A DNA stretch of 64,000 bases from an uncultured Acidobacteriaceae bacterium. Its GTDB lineage: Bacteria > Acidobacteriota > Terriglobia > Terriglobales > Acidobacteriaceae. Positions 1 to 10,724 of this stretch are shown here, in pieces. The notes under the pieces were generated by a model. It was not told where the DNA came from and searched no databases. It worked only from the letters and a program-made list of their open reading frames with translations. The position numbers were made by a program, and so were the translations under genes. The stretch spans positions 163,288 through 227,287 of the forward strand of contig CAWHBA010000021.1 in the NCBI GenBank assembly GCA_963827415.1. The letters are read 5' to 3'. Numbering within the stretch: the first letter of the stretch is position 1; each line of letters opens with the position of its first letter.

Positions 1-59
1 ATGATGGTCGGGCTGAATTGCAGAAGTTTTAGGGCGCTGAACGCCTTGAGGGGGCCGAT

Positions 60-384
60 TGCGCTATCGCCACGTCGAGTTGACCACTGGTGGCAGCGCA
101 TAGATCTGCCGCAGCCGCACCGCCATGGTTGTTAAGAGCCCTACATGCTCGTAGGCGCTCCAGAACGGCACGTCCGGGGTGAGATCGGGGGAAATGTGGG
201 GAGCCGGTGGTGCGAATTGACCTTGAACGGTGAGCGTTCCTATTTTCCACTCAGAGGATCATGGTGTTCAGGCATAACTGGTACGTGTTGTTCACGCCCA
301 TCTGGCATCGGTGTTTTTTGCCCGCTGGCTGTTGACACCGCTATTGCGCAGCGACAGGAAGATGATGTCGTTCGCGATGGTCAT
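60..384 (-). pseudogene. Phage structural protein of unknown function, frame-broken
   Basis: ATG at 384 is preceded by GAGG. The peptide MTIANDIIFLSLRNSGVNSQ.. stops early. Protein-like sequence then continues in other frames (..PDVPFWSAYEHVGLLTTMAVRLRQIYALPP..). No family recognised. Confidence 0.3.
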
Positions 385-614
385 AGCTTGTACCTCGGTG
401 GAGGATCGGTGCCAGGAGGCTGCAAAAGAGTGCTCCGGGCGAGACGCGGTTTACACCCCTAACCGTGGGAGGAAAGGGGGCCTCCGGCAGCAAGGCGGAC
501 TGTAGCTACGCGGACAGGATGGAGAACCAGAACCCCTGCTGGGCCAGACGAACTGGGCTTTTCCGGCAGCCGCGAAGGGTGAGATGCCCGTTGCCGCCGC
601 CACGCTGGTTGACG

Positions 615-1779
615 CTAAGTGGCCCCAACTAGGCGACACGCGAGCTGCGGACGCAGTGCAGCGCATCCCCAGAGCACATCGATGCGGATTGGCATTGTGT
701 CGTCGGAAATACGATATTGACTGACCGCCCGCATGGAATACCATCCTTTACTACGCGAGATGCCATATCGACACCTCCGGGCATAAAAGTCGGCAGTGGC
801 GAAGGTAAAAGCGTCGGGGTGAAATGCGAGCTAAGCCCGGTTGCCGTGCTGGCGGTATTGGCGAAGGTGATCGTGGCGGTCGCGTTGGCGACGGTGACGA
901 CGTTCTGCTGCGGGCTGCCGCTGACGCCATTGATAGCCGGCGAGATGCCATATTACCGCCGCCGCCAGCGTAGGCCGACGTCAGCACGAACTGCTGCAGC
1001 ATGCCGGAGTTGATCTTGGTCTCTGGATGCACCGAAAGACGCCAGCGATGGTGAACACGTCGCCTGCGTTGCCTGCGCCGGTGCCGGTGATAACGGCGAG
1101 CGTGCTGCCGGTGGTCTGATTTGCGACAACGGCAGTCGTATAGGCGCCGCTCTCGGCGCCGCGCGTCTGCGTCGTTAGGTGGGTATTCTCGGCCCACTCG
1201 AATCCGGCCGAGAGGCCCATCACGCCATCGGTATATTGGCTGCGGATCTCGGTGGAGGCCTGGAACAGGCCCTTGAGGCTGTCCACCATGTCCACATTGT
1301 CCTGCGTGTTGATGCGCAGCAGCCACTGCTTGGACTGCGGCGTGAGGTTGTCGAGCAGCAGTTTGCGGCCTGCAGGACGGTTTTAAACGTCTTGGCAGCG
1401 CCAGCCGTGCCGACCTGGTTCCAGACCTGGGCCACATCTGGTTGACGAAGTCGCTTCCAGCCTGGCCGCCAGCACGGCGATCGCCGGCTCGATGTAGCGC
1501 GCCGAGAAGTCGTCGATGGTGAGCGTGAGTTCAGCGGACGTGAACGAGAAATCGGTGTGGTACTGGTTGGTGATCGGCAGGCTGACGAACGTCTCGACGG
1601 TGTTCTGCAGCGACAGCGCCGGGGTGGTGCAGACGGTGTATTGCACCGGCAGGCGGATGCGTAGTGTGGTGCCGATCTTAGCGCCGCTCTTGGCGAAATG
1701 AATCATCGTATTGCCTGTTCACCGCTCCGATGATATTGCACTTTTGGTGCAGGATCGCCAGTGCCTTGGCGGTAATCAT
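615..1779 (-). pseudogene. P22-coat-family major capsid protein, at least 7 frame switches
   Basis: Stitched peptide: MITAKALAILHQKCNIIGAVNRQYDDSF / AKSGAKIGTTLRIRLPVQYTV..IDDFSARYIEPAIAVLAARLEA / VWNQVGTAGAAKTF.. / ..GDVFTIAGVFRVHPETKINSGMLQQFVLT / ..RIDVLWG. The GDxFTIxGVxxVxPxTKxxxGxLQxFV pattern is what I know from P22 gp5-like coat proteins. Confidence 0.55.
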
Positions 1780-2059
1780 ATTTATAGTGAGGAGCGTATT
1801 GGTGGCGGGCATGACATGGCCCTTTCGTCACACGAGTGCGGGAAAAGGGCTCCTCACCGGATGGCGGTTCTTGGAGCCTCGATTGCCCGCTGTGACGAAA
1901 GGGGGAGACACAGCCACAGGCGGATCAGCACGACACAGCGTGTTTAGGGCCTCGCGAGGGCTTGGTGTGCTGTAGCCACAGCGCCATATACCGGGCGCGG
2001 CGGTTGGGGCGCTTCTTCTAGCGCTGCGCCTGCGCGCCGAAGACCACGAAGCCACCGCT

Positions 2060-3160
2060 GCTCGGAATAGGGTCGACGGAGCTCGGCATCCAGGTCCGCC
2101 GTGAGGTGCGCATCACCGCCTGCGAGCGTGCGCGCTCCAATCCTTCTTGAGGTAGTAGTCGGCCAGAGCCTCTGGCGACGCGGTGTATTCGTTAAACACG
2201 GGCGCCGCGCGTCCGGTCACTGGTCGCACCGGAGCCGGCGCACGGGTGACAGGCGTCGGTGCGGCCGACGGGCATGCCAGTTGCCGTTGTCGCCCAGCGT
2301 GGCGGCATATTTGCCCAGCGCCACCGCGCGGGCCCTTTCGCTCCGCAGGCCGGCAATGCGCTCGACCTCGGCCGGGTCTGCGGCCAGGGCACCAGCCACC
2401 CGCACGCCATCCGGCATCTCGACCAGCAGTTGCGCGAAATTGGCATCGGCGCCCATCTTCACCAAATCGTCGCAGCGCTGCCTCCAGTCGCTGATATTCG
2501 GTGCGCGCCCTGCTCGTGGAAACTTTCGGTCCTGATCTGGGTCTCGACGTCGGCACGGATGGCGGCCCGCTCGCGGTGATAGCGCTGCTCGGGCGTTTCG
2601 TCGGCCGGCGGCTGGCTCTGCGCCTGGCGGCGGTAGAACTCGAGTTCGCCGCCTGCTGGGCCTGGATGCGCTCTGCGGCGGACAGCTTGGCGGTGATGGC
2701 GGCGAAGCGCCGGTCGCCGCGGCTCTTGCGTTGTTGCCGCTCCTCCTCGGTGCTCGGCCGGCTCGACGTCGGGTGCCGGTGTGGACTCTGCTGCGGGCGC
2801 AGGCGCGGGTTCGCGTTCCGGCTCGGCCGGGTGTTCGGTTGTCTCGCTATTGGCTTACTCGTTGTTTGTATAATGTGCCGCTGCAGCGACGGGAGCGCGC
2901 CCAGTCAAGCCAAGGCTGTCGGTAATTAACCCTGCGGCTGATGCTGGGGTGGCGCCCAGCCTGCAGCGGCTATCGCGGGGCGGGTTGAGGTGGCACGTCG
3001 TGGACGATAGTGTGGCTGTTCGGGCGCGGGCGGTGCGAGGGTGCCGTGGGTGATGGCCTGCGGCCTCCAGCTCGAGGATGCGGTGGCGCAGGCGCTCAAT
3101 CTCGGCCAGCGCCTCGGCCAGCCCGGTGCCGGGGATGGGGGTGTCGGCGATTCCCGGCAT
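2060..3160 (-). pseudogene. Scaffold-like / head-assembly protein (position-based call), frame-broken
   Basis: Lies between portal and coat. N-terminus MPGIADTPIPGTGLAEALAEIERLRHRILELEAAG is coiled-coil-like. Further pieces are E/A/P-rich, plus ..LVKMGADANFAQLLVEMPDGVRVAGALAADPAEVERIAGLR.. and ..VFNEYTASPEALADYYLKKDW in different frames. Confidence 0.25.
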
Positions 3161-3172
3161 GGCCTCTATTTT

Positions 3173-3758
<586 letters not shown>

Positions 3759-4050
3759 ATCTTGTGATTTCTTTAGGGCCGCTGGCGCCCCTGCGCCCGT
3801 TCAAGGGTTGGGCACTGGTGGAGCCAAAAAACCAAAAAAAAAGTGCGGCGTTAAAACGTGCCAGCGCGGGTCGCCGTGGATGTCGGCATGGCCCCCCAGG
3901 GATGGGCTGCAGGCGCGCCGCCAGGGATGTCCTCTACGAGATTGCGAACGACGATCTGGCAGGGTTATGCCGGATCGATGCTGCCGACGGCGGGCGAGGC
4001 GGCGTGTTTTTGGTGTGTCGTAGTCTCTTGATCTTCTAGCTCTGCATTCG

Positions 4051-6003
4051 TCATCTTTTGTCTTTGGCCTGCATCTGCGCGTGGGCGAGTCGCCGCTTAA
4101 GCTGGGCGATTACTTCCTCACTTTGGCCTGCCCGAGCAGCTCGTGGGTGGCGCCGTGCCTGCTGCTGCGCGGCCTGTTGCATGACCTGCACCACCTGCGG
4201 ATCGACGCGGCTCTTGTATTGCGGGGGCAGCCCGCGCTTCAGCCGGTCGGCAAGCTCGTCCGCGCCGGGGAAATCCGAGTTCGTGGCCCAGAAGTCGCCC
4301 ACGATCTGAAAGGCGCGGGGTTCTGCTGCATGATCTGCGAGAACGCGTTCGCAGCCTCCTGCCGCTGCGTGCCGTAGGACGGGCCAACATCGGCCTCAAC
4401 GTCATACTCGCCCACATTCGGATTGAAGATGATGCTGGGATCGGGCCGTTCCGGGTCTTCCTGTTGCTTCTGCGCATCGCCTGGCGTCAGTGGCACGGGC
4501 TGCCCGTCCGGTCCTGGCGCAATCTGCTGGTGCGCCTCTGGCGCGTCGGGCGCGACGATGACCTTGTTCTCATCGCCATCCTCGGCGAGCGTCATCACCA
4601 CGCGCCGCGTATCGTAAATCTTTGGGATGAGATCGAGCAAGATGCGGCCGATCTGGCGGATGCCCTTCGCCTGATTGTCCACGTAGTGATACGTCTGCTG
4701 TCTCGCTCTGCCGCTGGCGCTGCTGGATGGCGATGCCGGACCGCTCATTGCTCGGCATGCCCTGCGCGGCCTGATACTGGCCGGTAACGCACGCAAATCC
4801 TCCCGCGCGATCGGTCATTCCGGTGATGTAAGCCTGCGCCATCTGCGGCGGATCGACGCGGGCCGGCGGCGGGATTGGCTGCCCCGCCTCGTCCAGCCCG
4901 TTGTAGACGAGAACCGACCAGTTCTTAGTGTTCGCGGTCGCCCACTGCTCTTCACGGCCAGTGATAGCGTCGACCCTGGCAACGTATGGCGTCTTAGTCT
5001 GCAGCGCGACCTGCTCGACGGCGCGCGACGCCCAGTAGTTGTAGATACGCTGTGCGTCGATCTGCGAGCGTGTGTGCCCTTTGCGGTCCATCTCGCCGTC
5101 GATCACCGTTTCCTCGCCGACGAACGGCACGATGGGGATGTATTTACCTGGCCAAATCTCGCGGTCGATGATGCGATCACCCGCCAGCTTGAACCACTCG
5201 ATCTCTGGTTCGGCCACATCGCTTGACTTGACAATCATCGCCTCGACCTGCTCGCGCAGCTCGGCCGGTATCTCGCTGTCGCGAACGGTGGTGCCATCCG
5301 CCAACAGATGGATCGTCTCGTTGTTGAGGTTCCGCCGCCAGTATTCGGCTACCCGCACATGATCCTTGTCGTTCCAGCCATCGGTGTAATCGAGCGTGGC
5401 GCCTGCGGTGTTGTCGTCCTCGCCGTGCTCGTCCTCATAGCGGTCCCGCGGCACGTCCTCGAACACGAACGCGAAGTTAGAGTCTGCCTTGTCATAGAGG
5501 CCGGCATCGGGGTCCATATAGACGGTGCGCGGATTGGCGATGCGGCGAATGAACAGGTCGAGGTCGAACGATTGGCTGTCCACAGTAGTCGGTCTCGACG
5601 CGCACATATCCAATGCCGCTCTCGACCTGGTGGTAAATGGCGGTGGAGTAGGCATCGACAGCTTTGGACTGATACTCGATGCGGCGGATGATGCCGCTGA
5701 AACACCTGGGCGGCTTCGTAGCTGGCGCGACCGCCTGTAGGCGTCACCTTGATCTGCGCTTTGTTCTGCCGAGCGTCGTTGACGACGAGCAGGTTATGAA
5801 TGCGGACCTGGTTGTAGGTGAGTGTCGGGCGGTTGCCGCGCTCTGTTCTAACGTTTGTATCCCATTGCCATTGATTTAAAGGATATCCCGCTTAGAAAGC
5901 TTTGTATCAAATAGTGCCCTATCTCTCCATGCCGACTCCCCCAAGCCTGGCACCGAGTGAACCGCGCCTTTCCTTCCTTTATGATCTCCGCATCACCAGC
6001 CAT
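4051..6003 (-). pseudogene. Phage portal protein, at least 6 frame switches
   Basis: Stitched pieces: MAGDAEIIKEGKARFTRCQAW / ESAWRDRALFDTKL / QWQWDTNVRTERGNRPTLTYNQVRIHNLLVVNDARQNKAQIKVTPTGG..AAQVF / SGIIRRIEYQSKAVDAYSTA / the 361-aa frame (..EIEWFKLAGDRIIDREIWPGKYIPIVPFVGEETVIDG..) / ..QTYHYVDNQAKGIRQIGRILLDLIPKIYDTRRVV.. / ..GDFWATNSDFPGADELADRLKR. This is the overall pattern of podovirus/P22-type portals. Confidence 0.6.
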
Positions 6004-6520
6004 TACCACGAGGTGATCGCAGCCTCCTGATAGCAAACGACCCCTCTTCTTCTGCGCCCAGGCAATAGGATGGCTGTATCCTTTGCTGTCGTTGCAAGTC
6101 GGGCACAGCAACTGGATGTTGCTGATGTCGTTCGACCCACCGAGGGCGAGCGGCATGATGTGGTTTGCGCGATAGCCACGCCGCAGGTTTGCTGAACAGA
6201 ACGAACATTTATGGCGCTGCCTGACTAACAGGTCCCTGATTGAGCGGCTGTGTGTTTGCCGCCGTTACCCCTCTTTCGGGCGCGGCGGTTACGGACGTGA
6301 ACACGCTTCTCTTCACGCTGTTCCTCGGACATGGCGGCAAAGCGCGCACGCCGACTTTCCCGGACCTTCTCCGCATTAAAAGGCAATCACGCTGCCATGT
6401 ATGGCTTGCGGCTTTCGTAGGTATTGCGGGATTGAATGCGGTTCTTCTCGCGCACGAGGTCGAGATTTGCTGCCCGATACACCTTAATCGCGGCGCGTCG
6501 GCGCTCTCGCAACCCAGTAT
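6003..6520 (-). pseudogene. Phage HNH endonuclease, frame-broken; its stop overlaps the portal start (TAATG)
   Basis: HNH core KCSFCSANLRRGYRANHIMPLALGGSNDISNIQLLCPTCNDSKG. N-terminal Arg-rich repeats (..RRRAAIKVYRAANLDLVREKNRIQSRNTYESRKPY / ..AEKVRESRRARFAAMSEEQREEKRVHVRNRRARKRGNGGKHTAAQ) lie in other frames. A frame ending ..ITSW-TAA overlaps the portal ATG at 6003. Confidence 0.55.
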
Positions 6521-6523
6521 GGT

Positions 6524-7840
6524 TTGACTCGTATAGCCCTTCCCAACGAGACCATCCAGATCGCGAAGGACTACGAGTTCCTGGTGCTCTTCACCTCCAC
6601 CGTCGGCTGGTCCGGCGACCACGGGCTCGCCCGCGCCATCAAGGCCGCGAATCCGTCCATCAAGATCGCCTTCGTCGGCCCTCCGGTCACCACCGACCCC
6701 GATCGTGCGCTCTATGAGTGCGAAGTCATCGACTTCGTCTGTCGCCGCGAGTTCGACTTCTCCGTCGTGGAGTTCGCCAACGGCAAGCCGCTAAACGAAA
6801 TCCTCGGAATCTCTTACAAGGACGCCAGCGGCGTCATCCAGCACAATCCAGACCGTCCGCAAGTCGAAGACCTCGACGCGATGCCCTGGGCCACGACGAT
6901 CTACAAGCGCGACATGGACGTCACGAAGTACAACGTGCCGTTCCTTCTGCACCCGTACATCGCGCTCTACTCCACGCGCGGCTGCCCGGCGCAGTGCACC
7001 TTCTGCCTCTGGCCGCAGACCCTCTCTGGCCACGCCTGGCGCAAGCGCTCCACCGACGACGTCGCCGCCGAGCTCAAGTGGGCGAAGGAAAACTTCCCGC
7101 ACGTCAAGGAATTTTTCTTCGACGACGACACCTTCAACATCCAGAAGGACCGCACCATCGAGCTCTGCTCCAAGCTCAAGCCGCTCGGCATCACCTGGTC
7201 CTGCACCTCGCGCACCACTACGCACCGCGAGACCCTCAAGGCCATGAAGGAAGCCGGCTGCCGCCTCCTCATCGTCGGCTTCGAGTCCGGCGACCCGCAG
7301 ATTCTCAAGAACATCAAGAAGGGCGCCACGGTCGAGCGCGCCCGCGAGTTCGTCAAGGACTGCCACGACCTCGGCCTCGTCATCCACGCCGACTTCATCC
7401 TCGGTCTGCCCGGCGAAACCAAGGAGTCCATTCGCAACACCATCAACTTCGCCAAGTCGCTCGACTGCGAAACCATCCAGGTCTCCGTCGCGCACGCCTA
7501 CCCCGGCACCGAGTTCTACGACTTCGCCAAGCGTAACAACTTCATCACCAACGAAAAGATGGAAGACGGCGGCGGCCACCAGATGGCGCACATCGAGTAC
7601 CCCGGCCTGCCCACCGAGTACGTCATGGAGATGGTTCACCGCTTCTACGACGAGTATTACTTCCGGCCCAAGGCAGCCGCTCGCGTTGTGTGGAAGGCAA
7701 TCGTCAACCGCGATGTGCCGCGCCTCTACGTCGAGGCCAAGAGCTTCATGAAGCTCCGCTCCGAGCGCAACAAGGCCGCCCGTGCCAAGAAGGAAGAAAA
7801 AGCACTTAAGGCACAGGAGTCCGTCAGCCTTAACGCATAA
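6524..7840 (+). CDS. hpnJ: Hopanoid-associated B12-binding radical SAM protein HpnJ, missing roughly 45 N-terminal codons
   Basis: 438-aa ORF contains YSTRGCPAQCTFCLWPQTLSGHAWRKRS, EFFFDDDTF, GFESGDPQILKNIKKG and ILGLPGETKE, matching my memory of HpnJ. HpnJ proteins normally begin MKTLFLNPPSF..GGAGSRYQA, which is absent. The ORF opens only with TTG just after an in-frame TAA at 6485. Confidence 0.7.
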   Translation: MTRIALPNETIQIAKDYEFLVLFTSTVGWSGDHGLARAIKAANPSIKIAFVGPPVTTDPDRALYECEVIDFVCRREFDFSVVEFANGKPLNEILGISYKDASGVIQHNPDRPQVEDLDAMPWATTIYKRDMDVTKYNVPFLLHPYIALYSTRGCPAQCTFCLWPQTLSGHAWRKRSTDDVAAELKWAKENFPHVKEFFFDDDTFNIQKDRTIELCSKLKPLGITWSCTSRTTTHRETLKAMKEAGCRLLIVGFESGDPQILKNIKKGATVERAREFVKDCHDLGLVIHADFILGLPGETKESIRNTINFAKSLDCETIQVSVAHAYPGTEFYDFAKRNNFITNEKMEDGGGHQMAHIEYPGLPTEYVMEMVHRFYDEYYFRPKAAARVVWKAIVNRDVPRLYVEAKSFMKLRSERNKAARAKKEEKALKAQESVSLNA

Positions 7841-7865
7841 TTCTGCCTCAGTTCAAAAACCCGAT

Positions 7866-7896
7866 GCGGCCAGCGAGAGCTGGCCGCTTTCGTTTG
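7866..7896 (+). terminator. Rho-independent terminator after hpnJ
   Basis: GCGGCCAGC-GAGA-GCTGGCCGC hairpin followed by TTTCGTTTG. Confidence 0.7.
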
Positions 7897-8030
7897 CCTA
7901 ATTCGCGTTCGGCTGCGACGCCGTGTCGATCACCATCATATCGACCTCAAGCGAGCAAGGCTCCGGACTCGAAGGAAGCAAGGAATGACATACGGATGAC
8001 ACTTGGCGCGTCATCGGTGCGGTACAGTCG

Positions 8031-10613
8031 ATGCTGCTGAGCCGTCTCCCTGACATGCGGATCCTCGCCAACGCGCTTGGACTCATTACAGCTCTGGCGC
8101 TGGTCTTGCTGCTCACCACCTGCGGTAACTCCCCTCCCAAACCCGCGCCTGACTTCACCCTCACGGTCTCACCCGGCTCGTTGCCCCTCGCCGCCGGGAC
8201 CACCAGCAACGCCATCAATGTCACCGCGACCTCGCTTAACTCCTTCAGCGGTTCAGTTTCTGTGACAATCTCTGGACTTCCCTCCGGAGTTACCGCGAAT
8301 CCATCCACACTCACACTCACAACAACGCAGCCCTCCGCAACCACCACGCTCACCGCGCCCATCACTGCAGCATCGGCCTCACCCACCATCACCTTCACCG
8401 GCACTTCCGGTTCCCTCACCCGCACCGCCACGCTCGCGCTCGCCGTTCAGGCCGCTCCGGACTTCTCCCTTGCCGTCTCGCCCGGTTCGTTGTCCCTAGC
8501 CGCAGGAACTACCAGCAACGCCATCAATGTCACCGCGACCTCGCTCAACTCCTTCAGCGGCTCAGTCTCGGTCTCCATCTCGGGTCTTCCCTCCGGAGTC
8601 ACCGCGAATCCATCCACACTCGCGCTCACACCCGCACAGCCCTCCGCAACCATTACGCTCATCGCGCCTATCAGCGCAGCGTCGGCCTCACCCACCATCA
8701 CCTTCACCGGCACTTCCGGTTCCCTCACCCACACCGCCACCCTCGCGCTCACCGTTCAGGCCGCTCCGGATTTCTCTCTCGCCGTTTCGCCCGGTTCGTT
8801 GTCCCTAGCCGCAGGAACCACCAGCAGTGCCATCACCGTCACGGCTACCGCACTCAACTCCTTCAGCGGCTCAGTCTCGGTCTCCATCTCGGGTCTTCCC
8901 TCCGGAGTCACCGCAAGTCCATCCACACTCACGCTTACATCCGCGCAGCCCTCCGCAACCACCACGCTCACGGCGCCTATCAGCACAGCGTCGGCCGCGC
9001 CCACCATTACCTTCACCGGCACCTCCGGTTCCCTCACCCACACCGCCACGCTCGCGCTCACCGTTCAGGCCGCCGCCATGACCAACGCGCCCGACGTCAC
9101 CACATGGCACTATGACCTCGCACGCACCGGCCTCAACTCGCAGGAGACCATCCTCACTCCCGCCAACGTGAACTCCACACAGTTTGGCAAAATCGGCTTC
9201 TTCTCCGTCGACGGCAAGGTCGACGCGCAGCCGCTCTTTCTCGCCAACGTCGTCATCAACAACGCGTTCCGCAACATTCTCTACGTCGCCACCGAGCACG
9301 CCAGCGTCTACGCCTTCGACGCCGACACCGGAGCCCAGATCTGGCACGTCTCCGTCCTCGGCTCCGGCGAAACCACCAGCGACAATCGCAGCTGTTCGCA
9401 GATCACGCCGGAGATCGGCATCACCTCCACGCCGGTCATCGATCGGAAAAGTGGCGCCAACGGCACGCTCTTCACTGTCGGGATGAACAAGGACTCCTCC
9501 GGCGCCTATCATCAGCGCCTCCACGCGCTCGATCTCACCACCGGAGCCGAGCTCAACGGCAGCCCCACCGAGATCACCGCCACCTATCCCGGCACCGGCG
9601 ACAACTCGCACAACGGCAACGTCGTCTTCGATCCTGCGCAGTACGCCGAGCGCACCGCACTCCTCCTGCTCAACGGCAACCTCTACACCACGTGGACCTC
9701 GCACTGCGACATCGGCCTCTACACCGGCTGGGTTATCGCCTACGGTGAATCCTCGCTGCAGCAAACCGCCGTCCTCAACCTCACGCCCAACGGACACGAG
9801 GGCTCCGTCTGGATGGCTGGCGCCGGCATGGCCGCTGACTCCAGCGGTTTCATCTACCTGCTCGACGCCAACGGCACCTTTGACACCGCCCTCGACAGCA
9901 ACGGCTTTCCCTCGCAGGGCGACTTCGGCAACGCCATGCTGAAGCTCTCCACCGCCGGCGGCAAGCTCACCGTCGCCGACTACTTCGAGCCCTCCAACGG
10001 CGTCAACGAATCAGGCGCAGACCTCGATCTGGGCTCCGCAGGCGCTCTTCTCCTGCCCGACCAGACTGACACCGCCGGCACTGTGCACCACCTCATCGTC
10101 GGCGGAGGCAAGGACACCAACATCTACGTCGCCGACCGCGACAACCTCGGCAAATACGATCCGTCCTCCACCGCCAACATCTATCAGCAACTCTCCGGCG
10201 CCGTCACGGGCATGATCTACGGGAGCCCTGCCTACTTCAACGGTGTCCTCTATTACGCCGCAGACGGCGACTCGCTCAAAGCCTTCCCCGTCACCAACGC
10301 ACAAGTTGCCAACTCCGCCTCCAGCGCGACGGCCGTCAAGTTCCAACATCCCAGTGCAACTCCCACCATCTCCGCCAACGGCACGCAGAACGGCATCGTC
10401 TGGGCGCTCGAAGCCAGCACCAACGCGGCTGGCGTGCTCCACGCCTACAACCCCTCCAACCTCACCCAGGAGTTCTACAACAGCAATCAGGCTTCCTCGA
10501 GTCGCGACAGCTTCGGCAACGGTAACAAGTTCATCGCGCCACTGATCGTCAACGGCAAGGTCTATATCGGCACTCAGAACGGCGTGGCAGTTTTCGGCCT
10601 TCTTCCGCATTGA
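8031..10613 (+). CDS. Lipoprotein with three 103-aa Ig-like repeats and a C-terminal PQQ-type beta-propeller domain
   Basis: Intact 860-aa ORF. Signal/lipobox ..LALVLLLTTCG (an alternative start is ATG 8055). Three near-identical units APDF.L.VSPGSL.LAAGTTSNAINVTATSLNSFSGSVSV.ISGLPSGVTANPSTL... The rest (..TWHYDLARTGLN..ILYVATEHASVYAFDADTGAQIWH..VNGKVYIGTQNG) resembles PQQ-repeat propeller proteins. Confidence 0.75.
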   Translation: MLLSRLPDMRILANALGLITALALVLLLTTCGNSPPKPAPDFTLTVSPGSLPLAAGTTSNAINVTATSLNSFSGSVSVTISGLPSGVTANPSTLTLTTTQPSATTTLTAPITAASASPTITFTGTSGSLTRTATLALAVQAAPDFSLAVSPGSLSLAAGTTSNAINVTATSLNSFSGSVSVSISGLPSGVTANPSTLALTPAQPSATITLIAPISAASASPTITFTGTSGSLTHTATLALTVQAAPDFSLAVSPGSLSLAAGTTSSAITVTATALNSFSGSVSVSISGLPSGVTASPSTLTLTSAQPSATTTLTAPISTASAAPTITFTGTSGSLTHTATLALTVQAAAMTNAPDVTTWHYDLARTGLNSQETILTPANVNSTQFGKIGFFSVDGKVDAQPLFLANVVINNAFRNILYVATEHASVYAFDADTGAQIWHVSVLGSGETTSDNRSCSQITPEIGITSTPVIDRKSGANGTLFTVGMNKDSSGAYHQRLHALDLTTGAELNGSPTEITATYPGTGDNSHNGNVVFDPAQYAERTALLLLNGNLYTTWTSHCDIGLYTGWVIAYGESSLQQTAVLNLTPNGHEGSVWMAGAGMAADSSGFIYLLDANGTFDTALDSNGFPSQGDFGNAMLKLSTAGGKLTVADYFEPSNGVNESGADLDLGSAGALLLPDQTDTAGTVHHLIVGGGKDTNIYVADRDNLGKYDPSSTANIYQQLSGAVTGMIYGSPAYFNGVLYYAADGDSLKAFPVTNAQVANSASSATAVKFQHPSATPTISANGTQNGIVWALEASTNAAGVLHAYNPSNLTQEFYNSNQASSSRDSFGNGNKFIAPLIVNGKVYIGTQNGVAVFGLLPH
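8145..9071 (+). repeat. Coding tandem repeat, 3 x 309 bp
   Basis: Units 8145-8453, 8454-8762 and 8763-9071 begin with the same codons (GC. CCG GA. TTC ..) and differ at a minority of positions. They are mirrored by three spurious antisense ORFs. Confidence 0.9.
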
Positions 10614-10724
10614 TCGCCACCTTCAGCAAATAGTCTGTATCTGGAAGCCATCGTCTGGCGTTGCTGGACAGCGGTACAATTGCCTCTCAATCCAACTTCA
10701 AAGGTTGAAACACTGGAGCAACCC

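Noticed and set aside
8145-9071. Regular 309-bp repeats as a possible CRISPR or other non-coding array
   Set aside because: The units are contiguous, with no spacers. They are far longer than CRISPR repeats, lie in one intact reading frame and encode an Ig-like protein module. The antisense ORFs 7898-8431, 8447-8752 and 8756-9061 are just mirror images.
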